Below are positions 50,379 to 60,820 of a stretch of DNA of 64,000 nucleotides, piece by piece. The stretch covers positions 19,362-83,361 of the forward strand of contig JBBPZS010000125.1 in the NCBI GenBank assembly GCA_038198605.1. Direction: 5' to 3'. The position numbers and the translations under genes are program-made. Source of the DNA: Chthoniobacterales bacterium (GTDB taxonomy: Bacteria; Verrucomicrobiota; Verrucomicrobiia; Chthoniobacterales; UBA10450). Numbering within the stretch: the first letter of the stretch is position 1; each line of letters begins with the position of its first letter. The notes beneath the pieces were generated by a model. That model searched no databases. It was not told where the DNA came from and saw only the letters and a list, made by a program, of their open reading frames with translations.

Positions 50379-50513
50379 GGCGGGGAAGCTTTTGAAGTGG
50401 AGTTCGTAGGTTACGACGGTCATACGGTCGCACTGCTGACCCTGGAACGCGCGCAAGTGCGTCCGCTCCGTGCCAGTGACATACCTCATGCCCGCGAACT
50501 TGCGCCGATGTGA
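50379..50513 (+). pseudogene. C-terminal fragment resembling DUF4926-family small proteins
   Basis: GGEAFEVEFVGYDGHTVALLTLERAQVRP resembles the family C-terminus from memory. It has no N-terminal half or start codon of its own. Confidence 0.3.
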
Positions 50514-50542
50514 GTCTCCTCCCTGTTCCCGCGGCGTCCTTA

Positions 50543-50622
50543 GGGGTCAGTCCTCACTTTTGACACAAACGTGCCACAGTAAGCGCGACCAGATCGGCGC
50601 ATTTTCAGGAATCGCATTTTCG
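50543..50622. repeat. ~80-nt repeat family, copy A
   Basis: ggggtcagtcctcacttttgacacaaacgtgccacagtaagcgcgaccagatcggcgcattttcaggaatcgcattttcg. Confidence 0.85.
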
Positions 50623-50970
50623 AAGTCCGCGAACGCGTTTTCCGAAGGAAACTCGGGCCCCATCCGTCGGTTCGTCCATAGGCGAAGCCACAGCGGAAAT
50701 CCAAAATCATAGAGCGGAAATCGGCGCCCTGCCCTCGATCCATTGCGCACGCACCATCATTCCCGCGATGCATTCTGCGGACAGCTGTTCGGCGAGTCGC
50801 CGAAGAGAGGTCGCCGCGGCGACCGCTCCCCATTCCCTATCCGTGTCAGCTGTGCCGTAACGGATTCGGAGAAACGGCCGGGCTTTCAATCCGCGGTTCC
50901 TCGCTCCTCTCCGCTTGCCGGGCCGGCTTTGAGCGCTAATATTTAAAGCCCGCTCGATTCCCTAACCGAG

Positions 50971-51447
50971 ATGAAAGTTCCGACTCTCTACCTCGATACT
51001 TCGATTCTCGGTGGTTATTTCGATGACGAATTTCAGGAAGCGACGCGACGACTTTGGCGCGAAAGGGACGAGGGCAGATTCACATTTCTCACTTCCGCGC
51101 TCGTCGCGCAGGAGATCGTGGCCGCGCCAGAAAAGGTCCAGGCCTTGCTCGCCTCTACCTTCATCCAACGCGAGTTATTGCCTTTGACAGATGAAGTGGA
51201 AGAGCTGGCCGCCGCCTATCTGGCGCAAAAAGTAGTTCCTCCGCGCTACGCCAATGATGCGCGTCATATCGCCATAGCCACAGTGAATCACATTGGTGTT
51301 GTCGCGAGCTGGAATTTTCAGCATCTTGTGAACTACGAGCGGGAAATCGCCTTCAATGGCGTTAATTTGTTGCAGGGATACGGCTCCGTTCGTATTGTCA
51401 GCCCGTTGGAGCTCATCCATGCAAACGAAAGCGAAGAAGGGATTTGA
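50971..51447 (+). CDS. PIN-domain (VapC-like) protein
   Basis: YLDTSILGG acidic N-terminal motif, plus later E and D (NDARHIAIA) positions consistent with a PIN fold. Confidence 0.55.
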   Translation: MKVPTLYLDTSILGGYFDDEFQEATRRLWRERDEGRFTFLTSALVAQEIVAAPEKVQALLASTFIQRELLPLTDEVEELAAAYLAQKVVPPRYANDARHIAIATVNHIGVVASWNFQHLVNYEREIAFNGVNLLQGYGSVRIVSPLELIHANESEEGI

Positions 51448-51607
51448 TGCGGTCGCCGAATCGCGCAGATGGCGTCGTGAGACCAGCGCGTTGTTGGCGA
51501 CAATGAGTCCGGAACGGCGGATCGAGTTCATCAACAGCCGAATTTCCAGTTTACCCAAGACTCGCCGAGCGACCGCAAGCAAAGCCGCGAAAATCTCTTC
51601 TGCCTAG
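51419..51607 (+). CDS. small hypothetical protein overlapping the PIN gene end
   Basis: 62-aa basic ORF with a 29-nt overlap with the upstream gene. No recognisable domain. Confidence 0.3.
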   Translation: MQTKAKKGFDAVAESRRWRRETSALLATMSPERRIEFINSRISSLPKTRRATASKAAKISSA

Positions 51608-51663
51608 GCACAACTCAGTCTGTCGGAGTCGATCTTTGGCCATGAAAAGTCAGGGGTCTCCTC

Positions 51664-51741
51664 GGGGTCAGTCCTCACTTTCGACATAAACCTTCCATAT
51701 AGGCGCGACCAGAATCGGCGCATTCAGGAATCGCAGTTTCG
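51664..51741. repeat. ~80-nt repeat family, copy B
   Basis: ggggtcagtcctcactttcgacataaaccttccatataggcgcgaccagaatcggcgcattcaggaatcgcagtttcg. Confidence 0.85.
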
Positions 51742-51812
51742 CGAGCACTCGATTCCTGGCGATCGCTGCAAACCGCGTTGACGGTAGAAAACACAAATGA
51801 GAGGATCCAAGA

Positions 51813-52034
51813 ATGGCTAAAATCTCGTTGAGCGACGTGCTGGAGTTGAGCGTGTCGGAGCGCATTCAACTGGTGGAAGACATCTGGGACTCCATCGCCA
51901 AAGGTCCCGAGCCCGCGCCGCTGACGGAAGCGCAGCGTCAGGAACTCGATCGTCGTCTGGCAGCGCACCGCGAGAATCCAACAAATGGCGCGACCTGGAC
52001 GGAAGTGAAAGGTCGGACGGTCGATCCTGAGTGA
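51813..52034 (+). CDS. addiction-module antitoxin component (ParD/Phd-like, TIGR02574-type)
   Basis: LSVSERIQLVEDIWDSI...LTEAQRQELDRRL is typical of this antitoxin family. It has a 4-nt overlap with the toxin ORF. Confidence 0.7.
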   Translation: MAKISLSDVLELSVSERIQLVEDIWDSIAKGPEPAPLTEAQRQELDRRLAAHRENPTNGATWTEVKGRTVDPE

Positions 52035-52357
52035 GTCGGCAGGTCATTTTCAAGCCCGAAGCAGAACTCGATGTAATCGAGGCTTATCGCTGGTATGAAG
52101 GACGCGATAAGGGATTGGGCACAGAATTCAAGCGAGCCGTTGACAGCGTGGTTTGCCAAATTCAACGCCATCCAGAAATGTATCCTGTCGTGAATAAAGA
52201 ATAGCGGCAAGCCGTGACGCGGCGATTCCCCTACTCCATCTTTTATCTCGTCGAGGAAGAAGCCGTTTACGTGCTGGCCGTCTTTCATGCCTCTAGGAAT
52301 CCCCAATCCTGGAAGGATCGCACCACATCCGCCCGAGGCGGGCCGTCCCAGCAATGA
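52031..52357 (+). pseudogene. RelE/ParE-family toxin with an in-frame TAG
   Basis: GTG start overlaps the antitoxin stop. ...YPVVNKE*RQAVTRRFPYSIFYLVEEEAVYVLAVFHASRNP, with TAG at 52202-52204. The C-terminal tail is REP-derived. Confidence 0.65.
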
Positions 52358-52518
52358 AGCGTGGCAAGCGCTTCAACACAGTGAGGCGGCTACGTTGAGC
52401 CTCGCCAGGCCGGCAATCCGCCTGGGACGCGCGGGGCAGGCGCCTCAACACAGTGAGGTCCCCTCGGGGTCTGAGGTCCCCTCGGGGTCAGTCCTCCCTT
52501 TCGACATGAGGTCCCCTC

Positions 52519-52599
52519 GGGGTCAGTCCTCCCTTTCGACATAAACCTGCCATAGTAGGCGCGACCAGATCAGCGCATTTTCAGGAATCGCATTTTTCG
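52519..52599. repeat. ~80-nt repeat family, copy C (tandem partial 5' copies at 52455-52518)
   Basis: ggggtcagtcctccctttcgacataaacctgccatagtaggcgcgaccagatcagcgcattttcaggaatcgcatttttcg. Confidence 0.85.
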
Positions 52600-52847
52600 C
52601 GTCGACAAGCTCGCTTCCTCCCTCATCGTCAACCTCGGGATTTGCGGACCTCACTGCGCGCGGCATTTTTCCGCGAGTTTGATCCCGTAATCTGCGAATG
52701 ACTGTTCGGCGAGTCGCCGAACAGTGCGTGCGAGTCGCACGCGCTCCCCAGAGTTCTTCCCATCCGTGTAACCCGTGTAATCCGTGGTTAAATTTCCAAA
52801 CGGGACGACATCCGCCTGGAGCGGATCGTCCCTCCACGCAGACTAAG

Positions 52848-53078
52848 TTAAACGATGGCCTCTATCTCGCGGAGCGAAGTCGATTCCGGTAAAGGCTCAC
52901 CTTTTGACTGGAGCAGGCTGATCCATTCATCGACGGCGGCGCAGAGCTCTGCGTAAACCCCCTGCTCGTCGCTGCCGTGCACGCCCCCTCACATCAGACC
53001 CAGACAGCGCCCAACATAGCACTGGTCTTCCTCACTCCAGGCTGCGACCTTTACGTAGCGATCTGATGGTTTACTCAT
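52848..53078 (-). pseudogene. HicB-like antitoxin with an in-frame TGA
   Basis: MSKPSDRYVKVAAWSEEDQCYVGRCLGLM*GGVHGSDEQGVYAELCAAVDEWI..., with TGA at 52989-52991. Only very decayed HicA-like traces lie upstream (53079-53240). Confidence 0.55.
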
Positions 53079-53341
53079 GGTCGGATTCGTTCGAGGGCCC
53101 CCGCTTTAAATCGCGCTCTTGATAGTGCTTCGCATCGTCGCCCCTTCCACCAGTCAAGATTTCCTGGATCGTGCGGTTTCTCGGCGCGCGTTGTTCTACG
53201 CGCTTTTAATCACTTCACCTACGCTTCGCTGTTCGGCGAGTCGCCGAACAGGGCGTGCGAGTCGCACGCGCTCCCCGGATTTTCAGCTTTCAGCTTTTCC
53301 CACTACGCCCGCCCTACAATTTCCGATCTGCGGGCAGTTTC

Positions 53342-53779
53342 TTATTCGGACTCTTCTTGCAGAGCGACCGAATCCAGGAACCGGATGGTCGCGCCGGGAA
53401 GAGAGCCCGCTACCTGGGCCGCATACTTCAAGACCAACGCTAGTTTCTCCGGGTCCAGTTGGAGATCGTAGGCATGGACGATGACATGCCGGAAGGCCTT
53501 TAATTCATTGAGCGCAAGCCGTAGCTCAGGCGGGATCAGCGCGGGCCGAACTCCGGGAATGGCCAGCGCGAGCCGCTTGAGCAGCGCGCCATGCCAGCCT
53601 TGTTCGTCGTCGATGTTATTCTCAAAAGCCTTGGCGACACGAAGTCCCATTTGTTCAATGACGTTGAACATGCGGCTAAGGTGATGGGCGCAGGCCTCGT
53701 AGCCGACCTCGTCCTGCCGCGCGTAGCGAGCGGCCGCGGCCTGCCCCGCCTCGACCGCCACCCGAACGTCATCGAGCAT
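53342..53779 (-). CDS. HEPN-domain protein (HepT-like toxin partner of the nucleotidyltransferase)
   Basis: An Rx4H-type motif in KAFRHVIVHAYD near the C-terminal half. It lies downstream of an MNT gene. A TTG start at 53815 overlapping the MNT stop is possible. Confidence 0.6.
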   Translation of the reverse strand: MLDDVRVAVEAGQAAAARYARQDEVGYEACAHHLSRMFNVIEQMGLRVAKAFENNIDDEQGWHGALLKRLALAIPGVRPALIPPELRLALNELKAFRHVIVHAYDLQLDPEKLALVLKYAAQVAGSLPGATIRFLDSVALQEESE

Positions 53780-53802
53780 CTCCTGGCGCAGCGTCTGAAA
53801 AG

Positions 53803-54129
53803 CTAGAGAGTCCAAACTTCTCCTTCCCGCAGGATTTTCTCCCGTAGGCGGCACTCGGCAAGAAGCACGATGTCGACCCTGCGTGCCATTCGTTCCATCA
53901 ACTCGACCATGAGGCACCCACGGCTGATCGTGGAGGGCTCCCGTTCAAGAGCCAGATCGATGTCGGACGCATCGTTAAACACGCCAGGCTGAGTGATAGA
54001 GCCAAAGACGATGACGCGCTCGCCGGGAATGAGATCGGTCAGGGCGCTGCGCAGCCGCTCCCGTGTTTCCTCGCGCACCTGCAAACGGCGCTGGCGACGA
54101 GCGGCATCCCGGGCCTTTAAGAACGTCAT
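53803..54129 (-). CDS. minimal nucleotidyltransferase (MntA-like antitoxin)
   Basis: VFGSITQPGVFNDASDIDLAL is the GS...DxD nucleotidyltransferase signature. 108 aa from MTFLKARD. Confidence 0.75.
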   Translation of the reverse strand: MTFLKARDAARRQRRLQVREETRERLRSALTDLIPGERVIVFGSITQPGVFNDASDIDLALEREPSTISRGCLMVELMERMARRVDIVLLAECRLREKILREGEVWTL

Positions 54130-54515
54130 GACCCCACGAGTATAACGCAGTCTGGGAAGGCGTCGATGGGAGGGCAGCGCGGGGGACGAAGCCGGCGGAA
54201 CGCGGACAACTGATGGCAGAAATCTGGTCTCGGAACCTCCGCCCCATGGCCTTCGTCCCTCTGGCCTCGCCGTTTGGTGCTCTGCAGCGATCTGTTCGGC
54301 GAGTCGCCGGACAGTGCGTGCGAGTCGCACGCGCTCCCCGGAACGAAACTCGGGAAAACATCCGCACATGGCGGACCGTCCCGCCAATGAAACGTGGCAG
54401 GCGCCTCAACGCAGTGAGGCGGCTACAATCTCCGATTCCCCATCCGTATCATCCGTGTAATCCGTGGTTCTCTCCGCTCCATTCAGCGTTTCAAAAAGCC
54501 CCAATCCAAACCCCT

Positions 54516-54839
54516 ATGTCCCCAAAACTCGACTCCTACGCCACTTCTTCCAATCGGCTGATTGATGCCATCCTCATTCTGTTTGTCATCGTCGTGATCG
54601 CGTTCACGCTCATCACCGCGCCAAAGTCGCATTCGAGCGATCAGAAGACCGCCGGATCGAGCGCTTCTTCGCTCACGGAAAATAAAAAGGCGGACGACAC
54701 GGAGGTCGTCCCTCCAGGCAGGCGGAGCGCCCGCCCTACAATTTCGGCGTTCGAGATTCCCATCCGTGTAATCCGCGGTTCTCCGCCTTCTATTCGCCTA
54801 TGGCGGGCCGCCCCTCCCCCATCCGTGCCATCCGTGTAA
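54516..54839 (+). CDS. hypothetical small membrane protein; 3' part reads through REP sequence
   Basis: One TM helix (LIDAILILFVIVVIAFTLI). From about codon 60 onward the translation is of repeat DNA. Confidence 0.25.
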   Translation: MSPKLDSYATSSNRLIDAILILFVIVVIAFTLITAPKSHSSDQKTAGSSASSLTENKKADDTEVVPPGRRSARPTISAFEIPIRVIRGSPPSIRLWRAAPPPSVPSV

Positions 54840-55051
54840 TCCGTGGTTCTCTCAAATAACCCTTAACGAATAACTTCCCATCCACCTTGCTTATTCCCCG
54901 AAGCAGACTAACGTGGCGACTCTTGGATAAGTTCTGTTCTGTTCGTAGTGCGGTAGATCGTCAGGTGAGATTCCTCATTGGTGATTCTGAAACCCGATTC
55001 CCGGGAACGGCTCTGTAGCTCGCAGCTCCTTGCTCCAAAATCACAAAAAAA

Positions 55052-55333
55052 ATGAAACTATACGTAGGAAATCTCTCTTTTGAGACCACTGAAAACGATC
55101 TTAGCGATCTCTTCTCCGAACATGGCAAAGTGACTGAAGTCGCGATCCTGAGCGACCGCGAAACCGGCCGCTCGCGCGGGTTCGGTTTTGTCACCTTCAC
55201 CGATGCAGCCGGCGCCAACGCCGCCATCGCCGCCCTCAACGGCAAGGAAATCGGCGGCCGTGCCCTGACCGTGAACGAAGCGCGTGCGCGTGAAGAACGC
55301 CCCCGTGAATTCTCCGGCGGCAACCGCCGGTAA
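55052..55333 (+). CDS. RNA-binding protein with RRM domain
   Basis: RNP-2 (LYVGNL) and RNP-1 (RGFGFVTF) motifs. Confidence 0.9.
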   Translation: MKLYVGNLSFETTENDLSDLFSEHGKVTEVAILSDRETGRSRGFGFVTFTDAAGANAAIAALNGKEIGGRALTVNEARAREERPREFSGGNRR

Positions 55334-55408
55334 TCGACCACTTTTGATTTTGCAGGCCGGCGCCCGTGTACGCGGGCGCCGGTTTTGCACTTCAAGCAAC
55401 CAAATTAA

Positions 55409-55633
55409 ATGGCTGTAGATCCCAAAAAAGCGATCGAAATTGAAGGCAAGGTCATGACCGTCCTGGCCGGCACCATGTTCCGGGTACAACTGTCGAATGA
55501 GCACATCGTGCTCGCCCATATCTCGGGCAAAATGCGGAAACGGTTCATCCGCCTGACGACTGGCGACCGGGTGCGTCTCCAGATGTCGCCCTACGATGTG
55601 GACAAGGCGCGCATCGTTTATCGGCTGGGGTAG
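55409..55633 (+). CDS. infA: translation initiation factor IF-1
   Basis: 74 aa; [43 protein letters not shown] is a canonical S1-like IF-1 sequence. Confidence 0.95.
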   Translation: MAVDPKKAIEIEGKVMTVLAGTMFRVQLSNEHIVLAHISGKMRKRFIRLTTGDRVRLQMSPYDVDKARIVYRLG

Positions 55634-55670
55634 GCGCGCCTTGCGCGCCGGTAATTTGTTGTTTATTCTT
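55633..55670 (+). terminator. hairpin plus T-rich tract after infA (also a module of a dispersed composite repeat)
   Basis: ggcgcgc-ctt-gcgcgcc 7-bp stem followed by ggtaatttgttgtttattctt. The same module recurs near 55765 and 56353. Confidence 0.4.
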
Positions 55671-56568
55671 GGTTGTTGGGCGGGTAGCTCGCTCGCGAAA
55701 ACTTTCGGAGCTCCGGCTGCGGCGCTGCAACCCTAGGCAAGCGGAGCGCTTGCCCTACAATAGGCGCGCCTTGCGCGCCGGTTATTTGTTCTTGGTTGTT
55801 GGGGGATGCACTGGGTGCTCCTTCCCAATTTTTAGGACGGACGCTCCGCCTGCCGCGTTGCGTCCACTCGGCAAGCGGAGCGCTTGCCCTACAATTTTCC
55901 TGCCTTGCTCCTCTGCTGCTGGACGGCACGGCGGCCGTCCCTCCAGGGATGGCAGCGACGCGCCCGCCCTACAACTGCTTCCGCCCCGGATTCCTCCGAA
56001 TCCGTGTCATCCGTGTCATCCGCGGTGACCAGCCGTTTTCTGACTGCGGATTTGAAAGCCCGGCCGTTGCTTCGCATCCGGTACGGCGCGGATAATCTAG
56101 GGAGCGCGTGCGACTCGCACGCTGACGAAGGCGACCCGCCTTCGTGAACTTTTCCCTCTCTTGGATTAGAGGGCTTCTCCGCGCTCCCTGCTGATCGCCA
56201 ACTCCTCGCGCAAAAAAAGTCGAAGCCTGTTCGGCGAGACTCGCCGAACCAACGGGCTGGCAGCCCGTGCTCCCCGGAATGAAACGCCGACGACATCCGC
56301 CTACGGCGGACCGTCCCTCCACGGAGGCAAGCGGAGCGCTTGCCCTACAATAGGCGCGCACTGCGCGCCGGTTATTTGTTAATTGTTGTTGGGGGATGCA
56401 CTGCCTCGGCGACCGTCCCTCCAGGAGTGGCAGCGACGCGCCCGCCCTACAACTGCTTCCGCCCTCTATTCCTCCCCATCCGTGGCATTCGTGCAATCCG
56501 TGGTCAAAAAAATTGCCGCAGAGAGGACCCTTCTTGCGGGCGACACGCCCGCCGCTACACTCTTCGCC
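55634..56568. repeat. REP/composite-repeat mosaic between infA and icd
   Basis: GGCAAGCGGAGCGCTTGCCCTACAA at about 55739, 55870 and 56329; GGCAGCGACGCGCCCGCCCTACAA at about 55950 and 56430; plus CATCCGTG... and GGCGAGTCGCC-type hairpins. Confidence 0.8.
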
Positions 56569-57882
<1,314 letters not shown>

Positions 57883-57920
57883 AGGGGGGCGACGAATTGC
57901 CCTAACGGATCGCGGCAGAA

Positions 57921-58029
57921 ATTGTAGGGCGGGCGCTCCGCCTGCCGCGCGTAAGCGCACGATTGTAGGGCGGGCGCTCCGCCTGCCTCTTAATGAATGC
58001 GGCGGCAAGCGGAGCGCTTGCCCTACAAT
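57921..58029. repeat. REP array upstream of RAYT-2 (two forward copies, one inverted)
   Basis: attgtagggcgggcgctccgcctgcc at 57921 and 57962, and ggcaagcggagcgcttgccctacaat at 58004. Confidence 0.9.
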
Positions 58030-58054
58030 TCCGTGGAAGATATCATCCGCCGCG

Positions 58055-58486
58055 ATGGCGCATCCCCCGCGAATACCTGTGTGGCTGAAATGCGATCAGG
58101 AGGTCGTCTATTTTCTTACATTCTGCGTCGCCCGGCGAGAAATGGTGCTCGCAAATGAGGCGACCTTCGCAGCTTTCCAAAGGGCGATCACTGGCCTGAC
58201 GAAGTGGAATGTCATCGCCGCAGTGCTGATGCCGGATCATGTTCATCTCCTTATCGCGCCGAAGGATCGCGAGGAAGAGGTTGGGCATGCAACTGGCGCA
58301 TTGAAGCGTTGGATTCGCCAGGAGGTGAATGCCAAATGGCGCTGGCAATCGGGCAGCTTTGATCGCCTGCTGCGGTCAGATGAATCGGCCTACGAGAAAT
58401 GGCAATACATCCGGGAAAACCCGGTGCGCGCGGGCCTCGCGGAGAAATGGCAGGATTGGCCGTATCGAATCGGATTCGAATTGTAG
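58055..58486 (+). CDS. REP-associated tyrosine transposase (RAYT, IS200-like), second copy
   Basis: HUH motif PDHVHLLI and Tyr region WQYIRENPVRAGL. The TAG stop lies inside the first downstream REP. Confidence 0.75.
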   Translation: MAHPPRIPVWLKCDQEVVYFLTFCVARREMVLANEATFAAFQRAITGLTKWNVIAAVLMPDHVHLLIAPKDREEEVGHATGALKRWIRQEVNAKWRWQSGSFDRLLRSDESAYEKWQYIRENPVRAGLAEKWQDWPYRIGFEL

Positions 58487-58620
58487 GGCGGGCGCTCCGC
58501 CTGCCGCGCGCAGCGCATGATTGTAGGGCGGGCGCCCCGCCTGCCTTTATCCGACAGGGCGGCAAGTGGAGCGCTTGCCCTACAACAGCAGAATGGCAGG
58601 CGGGGCGCCCGCCCTACAAT
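58480..58620. repeat. REP array downstream of RAYT-2 (two forward copies, two inverted)
   Basis: Copies at about 58480, 58520 (forward), 58561 and 58596 (inverted) of the GTAGGGCGGGCGCTCCGCCTGCC family and its AA/T variant. Confidence 0.9.
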
Positions 58621-58656
58621 TTGCCCTGCCGACGGTCGCGGCTTAGATGTCCGCCC

Positions 58657-60540
58657 ATGCACTGCTTCCGATCGCTCATCATCGCACTCGCCCTAACGAT
58701 CCTGCCACTACCCCTGCTCGCGGCCCCTTCGCCTTCCCCGGCGGCGGCCGCTGGGGCTCCGACGCAGTCGGCCGTGCAGGACCAGGCCGATCGTTTTCTG
58801 GCGCTGGTGAACTCGAGTTATCAGGCGCTCTACAGGGTCAACAGCACCGCGCAATGGGACGCGGTGCGCGATGTCACCCCCGCACATGACGCCGCCTCGG
58901 AAGCGGCGAGCCGCGCTTACGCCGCCTTCAACGGCAACCCCGTCGTGATCAAGGAAGCGCGTGAATTGCTCACGCACAGCGCGGAACTGACGCCGCTGAG
59001 CGTGCGCGAACTGAAGCAGGTCCTGCTCAATGCCGCCGAAGGGCCGATGACGAATCCGTTCCTGGTCGAACGCCGCATTCAATCCGAGACCCGGCAGTCT
59101 TCCTTACTGAACAGCTTCCAGTTTAAACTCAACGGAAAGCCGATCACGGCGAACGAGATCGATAATCTTCTGAGCTCGAGCAGCGACCTGAAAGAGCGCA
59201 AGGCGGTCTGGGAAGCGTCGAAAGAAATCGGCAAGACGCTGAAAGAAAACCTCATGATCCTGCGCGATCTGCGCAACGGGGTCGCGGGCGAGATGAATTA
59301 TCCCGATTACTTCACCCTCCAGGTCGCGCCCTACGGCATGACGACGGACGAGATGCTGAAGATGAACGAGCAGTTCATGAAGGATCTGCGTCCGCTTTAT
59401 CTGCAACTGCACACCTGGGTGAAATACAAGCTGGCAGAGAAATACAAGCAGCCGGTCCCGGACAAGATTCCTGCGCATTGGCTGAACAATCGTTGGGCGC
59501 AGAACTGGACCGGACTGGTCGAGGCGGCGGATCTCGATCCTTATTTCAAAGGCAAAAGCGCGGAGTGGGTCGCGAAGACGGCGGAAGATTTTTATCTCGG
59601 TCTCGGGATGCAGGGGCTTCCGGGAAGTTTCTGGGTGAAATCAGATCTTTATCCGGTGCCAAAGGACAGCGCGCGGAAGAAAAACACGCATGCCTGGGCT
59701 TACCACATCGATCTCAATCTGGATATCCGCTCCCTCATGAGCATCGAGCCAAATGCGGAATGGTTTTTCACCGCGCACCACGAGCTCGGTCACGGGCACT
59801 ATTTCCTCGCTTACAGCCGTCCGGAGGTGCCGCCTCTCCTTCGCCTCGGGGCCAATCCCGGATTTCACGAAGGCATCGGCGAACTGATCTCGCTCGCCTC
59901 CAGCCAGGTCCCTTACCTGCAGGCGAAAGGAATTTTGCCTAACGATTTCAAGGCGGACAAGACCGCCTTCCTCCTCGACGACGCCCTCGCCCGCTCCATT
60001 CCGTTCATCTTTTTCGCCTCCGGCACGATGACGCACTGGGAAGCCGACATCTACGCGCATCAGCTCGAGCCGAACGACTGGAACGATCGCTGGTGGAAAT
60101 ACGTGAGCGAGTTCCAGGGCGTCGAGCCGCCGGAAAAGCGGAGCGAAGAATGGGCCGATTACGCGACCAAGACCCACGTCAACGACGCGCCGGCTTACTA
60201 TTACAACTACGCCTTTGCGACGGTGCTGAAATTTCAACTGCACGACTACATCGCGCGCAAGATTCTGCATCAGCCGCCGCAATCCTGTAACTACGACGGG
60301 AACAAGGAGGTCGGGAAATGGCTGAGCGACAACATTCTCAAAAAAGGCGGCACAGAAGACTGGCACAAAGTGTTGAAGGACGCGACCGGCGAGGACATCT
60401 CGACCCGGGCGATGGTGGATTATTTCCAGCCGCTCATGGCCTGGCTCGAGGAACAGAACAAAGGCCGCAAGATCGGCTGGGAAGCCGACAAGGAAGAGAA
60501 AGAGCGCGAGGAACGCGAACGGCGCGAGAAGAGTTCGTAG
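58657..60540 (+). CDS. peptidase family M2 (angiotensin-converting-enzyme-like peptidyl-dipeptidase), secreted
   Basis: Signal peptide [24 protein letters not shown], zinc motif HHELGH, and downstream [10 protein letters not shown]. Confidence 0.85.
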   Translation: MHCFRSLIIALALTILPLPLLAAPSPSPAAAAGAPTQSAVQDQADRFLALVNSSYQALYRVNSTAQWDAVRDVTPAHDAASEAASRAYAAFNGNPVVIKEARELLTHSAELTPLSVRELKQVLLNAAEGPMTNPFLVERRIQSETRQSSLLNSFQFKLNGKPITANEIDNLLSSSSDLKERKAVWEASKEIGKTLKENLMILRDLRNGVAGEMNYPDYFTLQVAPYGMTTDEMLKMNEQFMKDLRPLYLQLHTWVKYKLAEKYKQPVPDKIPAHWLNNRWAQNWTGLVEAADLDPYFKGKSAEWVAKTAEDFYLGLGMQGLPGSFWVKSDLYPVPKDSARKKNTHAWAYHIDLNLDIRSLMSIEPNAEWFFTAHHELGHGHYFLAYSRPEVPPLLRLGANPGFHEGIGELISLASSQVPYLQAKGILPNDFKADKTAFLLDDALARSIPFIFFASGTMTHWEADIYAHQLEPNDWNDRWWKYVSEFQGVEPPEKRSEEWADYATKTHVNDAPAYYYNYAFATVLKFQLHDYIARKILHQPPQSCNYDGNKEVGKWLSDNILKKGGTEDWHKVLKDATGEDISTRAMVDYFQPLMAWLEEQNKGRKIGWEADKEEKEREERERREKSS

Positions 60541-60820
60541 TTGTCGCGCGGGCGCTCGACCTCCCGCGCGCAAGCGCGCAATTGTAGGGCGGGCGCTCCG
60601 CCTGCCTCCCCGCGAGCGCGCATTTGTCGGGCGGGCGCGCCGGCTGCCATCGGGAACCAGAGGACGACACGGCGGTCGTCCCTCCAAGATGGCGGCAAGC
60701 GGAGCGCTTGCCCTACAATTTTGCGTTCGCTCGCTCGAGCCTGGAGGGGCGGGCGCCGTCCCGTCCCCGATAGGAAAAAAGGCGGACGACACGTCGAGCG
60801 TCTCCGCTAATCTTTTCCGC
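60541..60820. repeat. REP mosaic between the M2 peptidase gene and pgi
   Basis: aattgtagggcgggcgctccgcctgcc near 60580, ggcaagcggagcgcttgccctacaat near 60697, and GGACGAC...GTCGTCC hairpins. Confidence 0.8.

Noticed and set aside
52989-52991. In-frame TGA in the HicB-like ORF (and TAG at 52202 in the ParE-like ORF) as possible recoding (selenocysteine or read-through).
   Set aside because: There is no SECIS-like context and no Cys-homolog logic at these positions. The neighbouring modules are also decayed, so simple nonsense mutations are the economical explanation.
53079-53240. Possible hicA toxin upstream of the HicB-like gene.
   Set aside because: Only short, stop-riddled similarities (EVIKSA*, ...MRSTIKSAI*) in shifting frames are visible. 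This is too weak to call as a feature.
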